Positions 26,967 through 36,034 of a stretch of 64,000 nt of DNA are shown piece after piece. This stretch comes from a virus (lineage: Duplodnaviria > Caudoviricetes). The position numbers were made by a program, and so were the translations under genes. The DNA lies in IMG/VR virus record IMGVR_UViG_643348505_000006; one strand, 5' to 3'. The number at the start of each line of letters is the position of its first letter. Positions within the stretch are counted from its first letter, which is position 1. The notes below the pieces were generated by a model that searched no databases, had not been told where the DNA came from, and saw only the letters and a program-made list of their open reading frames with translations.

Positions 26967-27397
26967 GCTGCACCTACCTTCTTGGCCTGGGCAGCATGCA
27001 AATCCGCGGCTCTTTTTAGAAGCTCCGGCTCTATCGCATCGACGCTTTCTACGTAGAACCAAAGCTGCTGGGTATAGCCCCAGCCGCTCTTCCATGTGTC
27101 GGGAGCAAGGTACGTCCTGATACATATCGAGGCGGTGGCCATGAAACCTCGGCGACCGTTCAGCTCCCAAAGTTCAGCGACGGTCTCGCGCAATCTGCGG
27201 GGTGAAGTGAACTCGTCGATGTGAGCTACCAGTTTGGCTAGTTCGGGAAAGCTGACGGCCAAGTCGGCGTTGGCCGTAACGTCGATCGCATCACAAAACT
27301 CCTCCAACCAATCAGGGGGAGATTGCGGATCTCCGAGCATGTGGATCGGGTAAATGGCGTCAACGCGGGCTTCAGCGTCATAAAGATTTTCGTACAT
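26963..27397 (-). CDS. Hypothetical protein (144 aa)
   Basis: ATG 27397 with GAGGAG RBS; absent from prophage 2. Confidence 0.65.
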   Translation of the reverse strand: MYENLYDAEARVDAIYPIHMLGDPQSPPDWLEEFCDAIDVTANADLAVSFPELAKLVAHIDEFTSPRRLRETVAELWELNGRRGFMATASICIRTYLAPDTWKSGWGYTQQLWFYVESVDAIEPELLKRAADLHAAQAKKVGAA

Positions 27398-27408
27398 GGC
27401 TTTCCTCC

Positions 27409-28062
27409 TCACGCCTTGGCAATATCGACGGTGACAGCGATCCATTCGTCCTGAACGGAATTTCGTACATGAAACCGGATATACTGTTTGGAATAGGCGA
27501 CGTTGATCGCGTCGTTGATGGCGCGAACAGCCTGCACCCACCGCTCGTCCTCAATGGCCAGCTTCGTGAGCTTCTTGATTTCCTTGAGGTTGACCTTGCC
27601 CTCTTTATCCGTATCGAAGGCACGGGTGATAAGGGCGCGGATCTCGACGCGGGCGTCGGATGTCCATTCGTTGAGGCATTCGTCAATGAGGCTCTTTGCC
27701 ACCTGAAGCTCAGGACCGGCTGTCTCAAAATCATTGATCGCAACGGATACACGCATCAGGCCGTCAATGGTCTGATAGGTACGGTTGCCCTTTATCCCAC
27801 CTGACTTCGCTCCGTATTCCTGCTCCAGGACAGCGTCCAAAGCGTCGAGATCATCCATGCAGTGGGCACGAAACCGGGCAATCCGAGCCGAGATATCGAC
27901 AGCATAGGCCATGACCTTGCGGACCGATTCGTCGCGCAACTTCTCCTGCGGCTTCACCAGCTCCAGCGGCACCAATGCGCCCTTGGCATTGGCCATGTAT
28001 TCTTTGCCGTTGACGAGCGTAACGCCGTCGGTGGGCTTTTCTTCGAGAATAATTGCTTCCAT
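27409..28062 (-). CDS. DUF3164 family protein (gam position)
   Basis: YMANAKGALVP...YGAK.GG.KGN.T..T.DG...LIDECL.EW...AF.TDKEG. Confidence 0.85.
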   Translation of the reverse strand: MEAIILEEKPTDGVTLVNGKEYMANAKGALVPLELVKPQEKLRDESVRKVMAYAVDISARIARFRAHCMDDLDALDAVLEQEYGAKSGGIKGNRTYQTIDGLMRVSVAINDFETAGPELQVAKSLIDECLNEWTSDARVEIRALITRAFDTDKEGKVNLKEIKKLTKLAIEDERWVQAVRAINDAINVAYSKQYIRFHVRNSVQDEWIAVTVDIAKA

Positions 28063-28066
28063 GAGT

Positions 28067-28354
28067 TCAATCCTTCTTGTGTAGGTTTTTGGCGGCGCTT
28101 CGAACGCCCTGTGAGGCGGCAAGGAGGGCGTTCAGCGCCCGCCTTTCATCGCGTGTCCCTTTGCTGGCCTCGTACCGGTCAAGGGCTTGCCAAAGCAGCA
28201 TGGCGGCGTTGACGAGGGTTTCGTCGCAGGGGCGGCGGTTCAGCGCCGCCCGCTCGTCCTTCTCCGCTGCCCGGATCGTCCGCAGCAGCTTGGGACCGAC
28301 CACTTCAAGCAGTTGGTCAATCGGGATTTCGAGTGGGACGATGAGTGATTTCAT
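28067..28354 (-). CDS. Hypothetical early protein
   Basis: Homolog at 50239-50520. Confidence 0.7.
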   Translation of the reverse strand: MKSLIVPLEIPIDQLLEVVGPKLLRTIRAAEKDERAALNRRPCDETLVNAAMLLWQALDRYEASKGTRDERRALNALLAASQGVRSAAKNLHKKD

Positions 28355-28632
28355 GCCGCGTCACCTCCATCTGGCGGAGGGCGGTGAGACGGTTTCGGGC
28401 GGGGCCGAAATAGGATGACCTTCTCGTCCAATACGATTGGCGGTGGCGAGGCTGGGTGTGTTGCCCGTTCAGCCAGTTCCTCAACATCATTCGAAATTTT
28501 GGCGATAACTCGGAGGTATTCGGCTATCGTAGCAATGAAGCCCGGATGCATATTGATGCCCAGCGCAACAACCTTTTGAAGCCTTGCTTCCAGCCTTCTT
28601 AGGAGTTCTGACGGCTTGCTCGATACGGTCAT
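28351..28632 (-). CDS. Hypothetical early protein
   Basis: Positional homolog at 50517-50846; coupled. Confidence 0.65.
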   Translation of the reverse strand: MTVSSKPSELLRRLEARLQKVVALGINMHPGFIATIAEYLRVIAKISNDVEELAERATHPASPPPIVLDEKVILFRPRPKPSHRPPPDGGDAA

Positions 28633-28910
28633 GACCGCCCCCCAAAATCAGGGCGGATGATCTTGCTATCGGCATCCTTCACCAGCCCGGCGAATTGCTC
28701 GGTTGCCAGTCGGTCAACGATCGCACGACCCGCCTTCCCGGCTTCGGCAAGCCGATGAACGGCGACCTCGTCTTCCAGGTTCTTTGCGAGATCGGCCAGA
28801 GTGCCAAGCAGCGTGGCGAACTGTTCGAGGTCTCGTAGAGAGATCAGTGTCCGCCCACACATTGCCTGGATAGACGCGCTCACGTTTCGGAGTTCCGTGG
28901 AGAGGATCAT
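28629..28910 (-). CDS. Hypothetical early protein
   Basis: Homolog at 50843-51127 (VHRL.EAGKAGR.IV..LA.EQFAGL). Confidence 0.7.
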   Translation of the reverse strand: MILSTELRNVSASIQAMCGRTLISLRDLEQFATLLGTLADLAKNLEDEVAVHRLAEAGKAGRAIVDRLATEQFAGLVKDADSKIIRPDFGGRS

Positions 28911-29938
28911 GCCATGTCCTCCACGTCGCGGTTCTTCCAGGCGGCCTGAATGTCCTTTAAGCCAACCTCGGTCCCTGCCCCAAGCGCCACCATCAAGGCC
29001 ATGCGCATTGTCTTTTCGATCTGCCGGAAGGCACCGCCCTTCAAGCCGATGCCCATCAGAAACTTGATGCAGGCCGGATCGGTTACATTCCAGGCGGCAA
29101 TGTAGGTTTGCAAGTCATCCGGATAGGGCTGCACCCGTTGCAGGCGCTTACCGATGCGGCTTTTCAGCTGGGCATAACTCGGCCCCTTTTTGTTGCTGGC
29201 AAACCGGCTATAGACCTCCGAGTTGCCAACGACGGCCACACCGCATTTGTACACATCCACGAAATGGCGAAGCTGGTTGAGCGCCTCGTCGTTAAGGTGC
29301 TGGCCCTCGTCAACGATCAGCAACGTCCCGTCACCGGTCCGCTTCAACTTGGTCCCGATCGCCCGCGCCAGACGCGCCGGGTTGTTCTCCTGAACCGCGA
29401 GCTGCTCGGCCAGCTCCGTCAACATGCCGTGAACCGTCTTGGTGCTCTCAGAAACGGTGGCGTGATAGACATGCGGGCGCGTGTTGGTGAAATACTCACA
29501 TGTCGCGGTCTTGCCCATGCCAGCGCCCAGCGTGATCATCACCAGATCGGGGCAAATCTGCGCCCACGTCAGCGTTTCCAGCACCTCCGCCGAACCGCGA
29601 AGCTTCATGAAGGGCGGCGATTGCGGAATCATCGCCGCAATGCTGGCACTGGCTTCCAAGGCATCCAGCCATTGTTCAATCATGGTGTTGTGACCGTCCA
29701 GCCGCCCTTCGTAGCGGCCGGAAAACCACTGGCTAAACGTGCCTTCCTTCATGCCCGACCGGCGGGTAACTTCCGCCTTCGTCCACCGGAACTGCCGGGC
29801 AACGGCAATAACGCGGTCAATCAGCTCCCACCACTTTTCGATATCGGCATCACTCTTGTTTGCAGAAACCTCAGGTGCCTGGACGGGGCGCTCCCAGGAA
29901 GCGCCGTTAAACTGACTTGTGTTGATGTGCTTGTTCAT
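28907..29938 (-). CDS. MuB-like AAA+ transposition ATPase
   Basis: N-terminal HTH, Walker A GAGMGKT, Walker B LLIVDEGQHL. Confidence 0.93.
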   Translation of the reverse strand: MNKHINTSQFNGASWERPVQAPEVSANKSDADIEKWWELIDRVIAVARQFRWTKAEVTRRSGMKEGTFSQWFSGRYEGRLDGHNTMIEQWLDALEASASIAAMIPQSPPFMKLRGSAEVLETLTWAQICPDLVMITLGAGMGKTATCEYFTNTRPHVYHATVSESTKTVHGMLTELAEQLAVQENNPARLARAIGTKLKRTGDGTLLIVDEGQHLNDEALNQLRHFVDVYKCGVAVVGNSEVYSRFASNKKGPSYAQLKSRIGKRLQRVQPYPDDLQTYIAAWNVTDPACIKFLMGIGLKGGAFRQIEKTMRMALMVALGAGTEVGLKDIQAAWKNRDVEDMA

Positions 29939-29975
29939 TTACAGATAGCTCCGTTGAATAGCCCATTCGGGCCAG

Positions 29976-32048
29976 TTATCGGGCAGTCTTCGGACTGCCC
30001 TTCTTTTTTCCGGAACCGTACGCAATACTCTTCGGCTCGTTCTTCCCGGTGTCCGAAACACGCGACACCGGGCTATTCCCTCTCGGGAATTCAATGACCC
30101 CACCGCCCTGAACCAGGCCCAGCGCGCGGGAAAAACTGTCTTCGAAATGTTGATCCGAAATCGCATCCACAGGTGCTTCCACCTGCTGGCTGCGGGTGAT
30201 CAGGCGGGTCACAGCAGGACGGACTGTCTCCGGCACATCTGCTGGCTTTGGTGGTTTGGACCCCTTGTAATAGATCTCGCCCAGCTGCTGGGCCGACAGT
30301 GCGGCTTCCGCCTCGGCCTTGGCAGCAACGGCCTTGGTGTGGGTGCTGGCGAGGCGAGAATGCGCACGCGCATCGTCTCTGTTCTTGAAGCCAGCATCAT
30401 CCACGCACGCTGCCTCGCAGATCAGCCGGTTTTTGAGGTCGTACACTTTGATCGGCTTGTGCAGAAAATCAGGGTCAAACCGGATAATGACCTGCTTCCC
30501 GGCCCATTGGTTCAGCTCCCCACTCCAATAGCGATTGCCTTGGAAATGTATCCCACCATTCGATTTCTGGGTCTTGATCGCCTCGGACGCCAGCAACCAC
30601 AATGCTGCCTGCGCGTTGGATGGAACCCGAACAATTGTCGAGGGTGCCGCCATCGAGGCCGCAAAGGTCTCATCAAAACTACGCCCCTTGCAATTCTCGG
30701 CCCGGCGGCCAGCTTGCGCGTTATGCTCAACAATCTGAGCCGCCACATGCATCCGGAAGTCTTCCAGCGGAATAGCCCGCTCCATGTAGTTCCAGGGCTT
30801 GGCATCCGGTTTATTACCGCTGTACGCCCCCGCACAAAACGGATGTTTGGCAATGTTTTCCGCCAGATCACGCCATGCACGCTCAATCGGCTTGGACTGG
30901 CCCGAATATGGCCGGGTCCAATGCACCTCAACACCCAGCGTGGTCAGCAAGCCGCGCGGATCTTCTGGCTTCACTTTGAAACGGAAACGGTTGACTGTGC
31001 CGCCTGTTATCCACTTGCTGGCAAAAGCCCTGCCGTTATCCAGGTAGATGTCTTCAGGAATGCCGAAAGCCTCGACCATGTCACCAATGACCAGTCGCAC
31101 GGCTTCCCATGTCTCGCTTTCCGATAGTCTCCAGGACAGGATTTTCCCGGAAAACAGATCCTGAATACCGATGATGAACATGCGGGTTGGCTCTTTTTTC
31201 CATGGCACGGACACGAACACATCGACTTTGTGTCCATCCATATTGACCATTTGCATCGCGTGCAGGTGCGCGCGGCTACGGCGCTGAGCTGGATAGAGCG
31301 CCTTTGCCTTGTCACGGCCCTCGCGCTTAAAGAGCGTCACGGCCTTGCCGACCTCACGCTCAAACCGGCGGCGCAAAGACCGCTCGGAAGGGATCGGAGC
31401 CCATTTCTCACGCTTCGCCACCGTCATCATCCGACGATAGCAGGCAGAAAATGCGGGCTTCTCCGGTCTCAGATAATCGGACTTGAGGAACGTCCATGCA
31501 TCAGGATGGCAATCGGCCACATCGGCAACGACACCATCAACCGCAGGAGAAAACGATGGAGCCAAGGCAGCAAGCCAGTCGTCGCGATCAAGCCCTTCCG
31601 TCAGTCCTTTCCATTCGTAGTAGGTGGACTTCTGGACCTCCGCCTCCGACGTGGCGATAGCAATGGCGGCTGCCCTACTGACACCTTTCTGCGCCGCCAG
31701 CGTCTCGACCCGGCAAAGCACGCTCAAACGGGCTTTGCAGATGTCTCGATGTTCATTTGAAAGCCGTTCAAACCGCGCCCAAAGTTGATTTTTGCGGGTA
31801 CGGATCGCGTCCCATTCTTCCGGGGCAACAGCCGACGCCGCCATTTCAATCCGCGTCCGTGCCGGAGCTGGCAACAGAGCGATATGATACAGCCAAACCG
31901 GCTTGGTCGGGCCTTTGACTTTTCGCGCATGAGTAGGATGTTCGCGCCAGTTTGCCTCCGTGGCGACCCTATGCAGACCCGCCATGTTATGAGGCAAATC
32001 GGGCAGCTGCATTTGCGCCAGTTCAGCAAGAGAGAACCATTCCTTCAT
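29976..32048 (-). CDS. MuA-like DDE transposase
   Basis: Mu HTH N terminus; NMDGHK, YLDNGRAF, SKPIERAW catalytic triad. Confidence 0.95.
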   Translation of the reverse strand: MKEWFSLAELAQMQLPDLPHNMAGLHRVATEANWREHPTHARKVKGPTKPVWLYHIALLPAPARTRIEMAASAVAPEEWDAIRTRKNQLWARFERLSNEHRDICKARLSVLCRVETLAAQKGVSRAAAIAIATSEAEVQKSTYYEWKGLTEGLDRDDWLAALAPSFSPAVDGVVADVADCHPDAWTFLKSDYLRPEKPAFSACYRRMMTVAKREKWAPIPSERSLRRRFEREVGKAVTLFKREGRDKAKALYPAQRRSRAHLHAMQMVNMDGHKVDVFVSVPWKKEPTRMFIIGIQDLFSGKILSWRLSESETWEAVRLVIGDMVEAFGIPEDIYLDNGRAFASKWITGGTVNRFRFKVKPEDPRGLLTTLGVEVHWTRPYSGQSKPIERAWRDLAENIAKHPFCAGAYSGNKPDAKPWNYMERAIPLEDFRMHVAAQIVEHNAQAGRRAENCKGRSFDETFAASMAAPSTIVRVPSNAQAALWLLASEAIKTQKSNGGIHFQGNRYWSGELNQWAGKQVIIRFDPDFLHKPIKVYDLKNRLICEAACVDDAGFKNRDDARAHSRLASTHTKAVAAKAEAEAALSAQQLGEIYYKGSKPPKPADVPETVRPAVTRLITRSQQVEAPVDAISDQHFEDSFSRALGLVQGGGVIEFPRGNSPVSRVSDTGKNEPKSIAYGSGKKKGSPKTAR

Positions 32049-32248
32049 CGATGTGCTCCTTTGCGGCTTTCCACAAAGGCGCGAACGGCAGGCTCATTGG
32101 TCTGTAACCACCTGAGGGTCTCGATGACCGCGCCGAGTTGCTCCTTGATCAACTGACGTTGCGACGCGCTACTGGCGACAATCGGGAACTGTCCGCAAAC
32201 AACCGCGTCCACCGCTGCAATCTGGCTCTTGAGTGATACCTTGGCCAT
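32045..32248 (-). CDS. Hypothetical protein (67 aa), prophage 1 only
   Basis: Coupled ORF upstream of MuA. Confidence 0.6.
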   Translation of the reverse strand: MAKVSLKSQIAAVDAVVCGQFPIVASSASQRQLIKEQLGAVIETLRWLQTNEPAVRAFVESRKGAHR

Positions 32249-32709
32249 TACCGCCCCCTTGACGCGAGCGTGACAGGGCGCGCGCTCTGGCGGCGGATCT
32301 CCGCCTCAATGCGCTTGCGCTCCTGGCGAAGCCTGGAAAGCTCCGCAAGCCGGGCTTCGTCGCCGATCAGCACGGTGACGCCCTGTACGGAAGCAACCTC
32401 GTCCCAAAGCCAAAGCGCATCGGTGGCATGTACAAAGGCTGTGAACCTGATCAGCGTCACGTCGTGACTGTTGCGGCTTTCCGCCGTGTAGGCATCCAGC
32501 GTGGCCTTGCTGATATTCGGCAGGCCCAGATATTGCGCCATGCGGGCTGCAATAGTTGGGCGGTCATAAGCACACTCGCGGATAGCTCGGGCCATCGCCC
32601 GCTTGATCTTCACGCGGTAGCGATCGATATCGACATGCTGAGCGCCGTCGCGGACAGGGAAAACCGGCTGCGCGAAAAAGTCGAGCTGGGAAGGGTCTGG
32701 CTTGGTCAT
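32248..32709 (-). CDS. Conserved early DNA-binding protein
   Basis: R..IAARMA.YLG...SKATLDAYTAES; homolog at 54268-54732. Confidence 0.7.
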   Translation of the reverse strand: MTKPDPSQLDFFAQPVFPVRDGAQHVDIDRYRVKIKRAMARAIRECAYDRPTIAARMAQYLGLPNISKATLDAYTAESRNSHDVTLIRFTAFVHATDALWLWDEVASVQGVTVLIGDEARLAELSRLRQERKRIEAEIRRQSARPVTLASRGR

Positions 32710-33533
32710 TCGGCAGCCTCCCGAAGATCATCCATCATGCCGATGGAGATCAGGAAGCGTGACCGGGTGGTATCATCCGCATCCTTCCACGCCTTTTGCA
32801 ATGTGGTGAGAATGGCAGCCTGCTTGGTCGCCGGATCGGCCTGCACCTTGGGTTCTGCCATGTATGACAAAACCTTTTTGACGTCCGGTTCCGTCTCAAG
32901 TGCCTTGGCTATGGCGGCCTGTTCAGTCGGACCTTTCTTGGCAAGCTTCAAAAGCAAAGATTGGTCATCTGCAAAAGGCGTCCCACGGAGTGCCGCCCGC
33001 AATGGCGGATAGAGGTTCTGGCCAATGGCAGTCACATATTTATATGTGCGCTCACGAAAGCCGAGGCGTTCCTGCACCTGCTCTGAAAGCTCTTTGCCGG
33101 GAGCAAAGATCAAAGGGCAATCATTGCCCTTTGATTTTTTGTCACCACCACGCTGGATTTTGCCGTTTTTCTCTTCCCACAATTCGCGGAATGTCAGCAC
33201 GAACACAGCACGATCCAGCTTGGATAGTTCGTTGCGGTAAAGGTTTTCAGACAGCTCAATCAACTGGCCTTCTACCGCATCGGCAGCAACGGCAATCGCG
33301 TCAATCTCGCTCCATTGGTTAAGCTCTGCTGCCCGCAAACGGTGCCCACCGGCAACCAATGTATAGGGTGTTGCACCCTTGTTGGCCGCAGGCGTCTTGC
33401 GCACGGTAATCGGGTTGATCAGCCCGCGCTCGGCCATGGATGCTGCGATAGCGAGGGCATGGTCTTCATCCACCGGGCGGGCACGAGTGCCAATGTGAAT
33501 GCTGGATAGAGGAATACGGGCAAATTCAGCCAT
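32706..33533 (-). CDS. ParB-like N-terminal domain + HTH protein
   Basis: GLINPITVR..LVAGGHRLRA..ENLYRNELS; HTH ERLGFRERTY. Confidence 0.88.
   Translation of the reverse strand: MAEFARIPLSSIHIGTRARPVDEDHALAIAASMAERGLINPITVRKTPAANKGATPYTLVAGGHRLRAAELNQWSEIDAIAVAADAVEGQLIELSENLYRNELSKLDRAVFVLTFRELWEEKNGKIQRGGDKKSKGNDCPLIFAPGKELSEQVQERLGFRERTYKYVTAIGQNLYPPLRAALRGTPFADDQSLLLKLAKKGPTEQAAIAKALETEPDVKKVLSYMAEPKVQADPATKQAAILTTLQKAWKDADDTTRSRFLISIGMMDDLREAAE
33109..33135. repeat. Perfect 27-bp palindrome inside the ParB-like gene
   Basis: ATCAAAGGGCAAT-C-ATTGCCCTTTGAT. Confidence 0.9.
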
Positions 33534-33792
33534 TCTTTTTGTCCTGCAAAAGCCTCGCCAGGGTGACGATGGTCCGCACGTCAGCAATCATCGCTGCTGA
33601 CGCACGGCGGCCATGACCTTCAGTCAATCGCGACACCGCCTCAGAAAGTGCCTCTTGATCTTCTGTCCAGTGTTCGAAGGGATGCACCGCGTTTGGCATC
33701 AAATCGCCAACCGCCTTCCGCAGATCCGCCGCCGCAGCTTCCCGATCTGTGGGCAGACCGTCCGGGCCAAGATAAGTGCCATTACACATCAT
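33526..33792 (-). CDS. Hypothetical protein (88 aa), prophage 1 only
   Basis: Coupled ORF in the early operon. Confidence 0.6.
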   Translation of the reverse strand: MMCNGTYLGPDGLPTDREAAAADLRKAVGDLMPNAVHPFEHWTEDQEALSEAVSRLTEGHGRRASAAMIADVRTIVTLARLLQDKKNG

Positions 33793-34142
33793 CAGGCAGC
33801 GTCCTCCATGCGGGCATGCAATGAGGCGCGGGCAGCCGCCGCCATTTTGCAGTAGTGCTGTTCAAAACGTGGGGTTTGCAGGCGCGTGTCGATGGTTCTC
33901 AGCGCCCGATTGACCGCTTCGCGGGACCGCTCCTGGTGTTCAACCACCCGACGCTTCGGGATCAGGAACACCCGAACCATCAGGTGGATGACGACTTGAC
34001 GGGCAAGCGCCGCATCGAACCATTCGTGCGGCGGGTCGATAATCGATTGGACGGACAGATGCGGAAAACCATCCCGCACCGCCAGAATGCAGGCGTGATA
34101 GGCACCATCGTGCAGGGATGCTTGTGAATGCAGGTTCAGCAT
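33792..34142 (-). CDS. DnaA C-terminal-like HTH protein
   Basis: LARQVVIHL...RSREAVNRALR.ID; near-identical copy at 55585-55935. Confidence 0.65.
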   Translation of the reverse strand: MLNLHSQASLHDGAYHACILAVRDGFPHLSVQSIIDPPHEWFDAALARQVVIHLMVRVFLIPKRRVVEHQERSREAVNRALRTIDTRLQTPRFEQHYCKMAAAARASLHARMEDAA

Positions 34143-34233
34143 GGAAACCATGCCCGCCTCAAAGAGGCTTTCGTGACAATTTCGGTCTGACGTTTTGTCA
34201 TTGTGGGGCTCGGAAATTTCGGGAATTGTTGGT

Positions 34234-34338
34234 GTGTGGCGCGGACAGCTGGACTGGACAGCCGGAACGAGAGCACTTCTGAAACGGGGAGCTTTTTGTT
34301 CTGCCGGTGAAAACCCGGATGCTAAAGGCTAGAACAGC
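34234..34338. other. Conserved non-coding element downstream of ner (second copy 56655-56758)
   Basis: About 105 nt strongly conserved between the two prophages although the adjacent ner genes diverge; GTTCT/AGAAC and CCGG/CCGG stems. Confidence 0.6.
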
Positions 34339-34357
34339 GTGCCGTCCGCGCCACATC

Positions 34358-34678
34358 TCAGGCAGCCATCGAGTCGCTACGACGCGAATGGCGATAATTC
34401 TCAGCAGGTTGAGGGCTCAAGCGCCGCCCGTCTGCAAAATAGCGCGAGGGCCAGAGCATATGAGGACGTGTCTTGAGGGCAGCGGCAATCGCGCGCTCGC
34501 CCGCCAGATGTGGTTCATGAACAGCGTTTCCAGCCGTACCGCTGGGGAGATTGTAATTCTCATCGATCTTGGCAAGCGTCAGCTTGGCGACGATCAACTT
34601 GCTTTTAATACGGCCGATCTCTTCCAGGCGTTTGCGCTCGGCACGGCTGGGCTTGCCGGTGATAGGATCACGATGCAT
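34358..34678 (-). CDS. ner: Ner/Nlp-like HTH regulator
   Basis: GERAIAAALKTRPHMLWPSRY; divergent from the repressor. Confidence 0.85.
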   Translation of the reverse strand: MHRDPITGKPSRAERKRLEEIGRIKSKLIVAKLTLAKIDENYNLPSGTAGNAVHEPHLAGERAIAAALKTRPHMLWPSRYFADGRRLSPQPAENYRHSRRSDSMAA

Positions 34679-34700
34679 AAGTAATTCCTTGATCCAGATG

Positions 34701-34727
34701 AGGAGGCCCTGGCAGGCCTCCTTTTTT
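34701..34727 (+). terminator. Plus-strand terminator-like hairpin in the ner leader
   Basis: AGGAGGCC-N6-GGCCTCCT-TTTTT; same stem with a different loop at 57137-57162. Confidence 0.55.
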
Positions 34728-34757
34728 GGGGTGGCGTAATCTGTGAACACAGAAAGG

Positions 34758-34810
34758 TATAGCCAGAAATGGCCATTATATCAAATGCAAAATGGCCACT
34801 TCTGGCTATA
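34758..34810. promoter_or_regulatory. Immunity-region operators (20-bp inverted repeat)
   Basis: TATAGCCAGAAATGGCCATT / AATGGCCACTTCTGGCTATA (1 mismatch) between ner and the repressor. Confidence 0.75.
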
Positions 34811-34819
34811 TCCACGTAA

Positions 34820-35434
34820 ATGACTGAATTATCAGATAGAATTCGCTTGGCCGCTGAAAAGCTTGGAGGGTTAAACAAGCTTGCTCAGGAAATTGGTGTG
34901 CCACGACGTACGCTCGGGAACTGGTTGAAGGGTACCAATCCAAAGCCAAGCAACCTCAAACAGATTGCGGATGTGGCAAACGTCAGTCTTGAGTGGCTAA
35001 TCAGTGGGACTGGCTCCCCTGAGCAAGATGGCCTATCGACGGCGTTGAACCGGCTCGTGGACGCAACCGGAAACCCTCATGGAATGTCAAATGATGAGTG
35101 GAATCAGCAGGCAAACGAGTGGTTTTCTGCTGGAATGGCTAACCTCGAACGCCAACCGAAGCCGCACACTTCAGATCCTGCACCATTTCTAGATACTGAC
35201 CTGATGGAGAGACTCGCTAGGGTAGTTACATCAACTCATCGAGACTTGGGTATATCAATAGCGCCAGAAAAAGTTGTCGTTGAAGTTGCTATTTTAATGA
35301 ATGACTTAGCTCGTACGGTGAGGATAAACGACCCGGATGCTATAACTCTGGCTCTTCCTGTTATCGAATACCGATTGCGCGAGCGTTTACAGGAGGCAAA
35401 GCGGGAACCAGGAACCGGCAAACGTTTGGCTTAA
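34820..35434 (+). CDS. Repressor (XRE HTH) without S24 peptidase domain
   Basis: GGLNKLAQEIGVPRRTLGNWLKG..VSLEWLISG.G; divergent from ner; no GDSM/VKR catalytic motifs. Confidence 0.85.
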   Translation: MTELSDRIRLAAEKLGGLNKLAQEIGVPRRTLGNWLKGTNPKPSNLKQIADVANVSLEWLISGTGSPEQDGLSTALNRLVDATGNPHGMSNDEWNQQANEWFSAGMANLERQPKPHTSDPAPFLDTDLMERLARVVTSTHRDLGISIAPEKVVVEVAILMNDLARTVRINDPDAITLALPVIEYRLRERLQEAKREPGTGKRLA

Positions 35435-35585
35435 TGGTTGTAAGGTGCGCCAACATCGCAACTATCGTCTTGAGTGTATTTACTCCACAGATCAATGGTT
35501 GCCGCTTTAAGTATGATGCATTTATTAATTGATTACGGTTTTTCAAATATAGGTATAGGGCAGTTTTATATTAGGGGGAATTGTA

Positions 35586-35996
35586 ATGCAAAATTTGATA
35601 ATTTTCGTGCTACTAGGCGTTCTGGCTGGATGTCAGAATGTTGACTCTTCATCTACAGCGTACGTAGCCAATTATCCGATCCGGCCTTACGCTATCGACA
35701 AAGAAGATGCCGCTGCCATCGAAATTGCTGTAAGGAACGAACTAAAAGACCCGTTAAGTGCCATACTGGGAGAGGCACGCGCAACCATTGACGGGAAAAA
35801 TGTGGTCCATGTTTGCGGGATGGTAAATGCACGAAATAGCTTTGGTGGATACACTGGATTTGTACTTTATCAGGGCATATTAGCCACTAATGTGTACAAC
35901 AAGAGAGTTTTCGCTGTGATCGGCATGGGTGGTTCGCCAGGAGATATTCCGAGCCAAAGCATAGCGATTATGTGCAAAAGGAATGGTATAAACTGA
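35586..35996 (+). CDS. Accessory lipoprotein
   Basis: Lipobox LAGC; LKDPLSA..VCGMVNARNSFGGYTGF motif; AT-rich DNA. Confidence 0.8.
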   Translation: MQNLIIFVLLGVLAGCQNVDSSSTAYVANYPIRPYAIDKEDAAAIEIAVRNELKDPLSAILGEARATIDGKNVVHVCGMVNARNSFGGYTGFVLYQGILATNVYNKRVFAVIGMGGSPGDIPSQSIAIMCKRNGIN

Positions 35997-36034
35997 CGTT
36001 GCCTTACTCTCTCTGCGATACGAGGATGAGAAGT

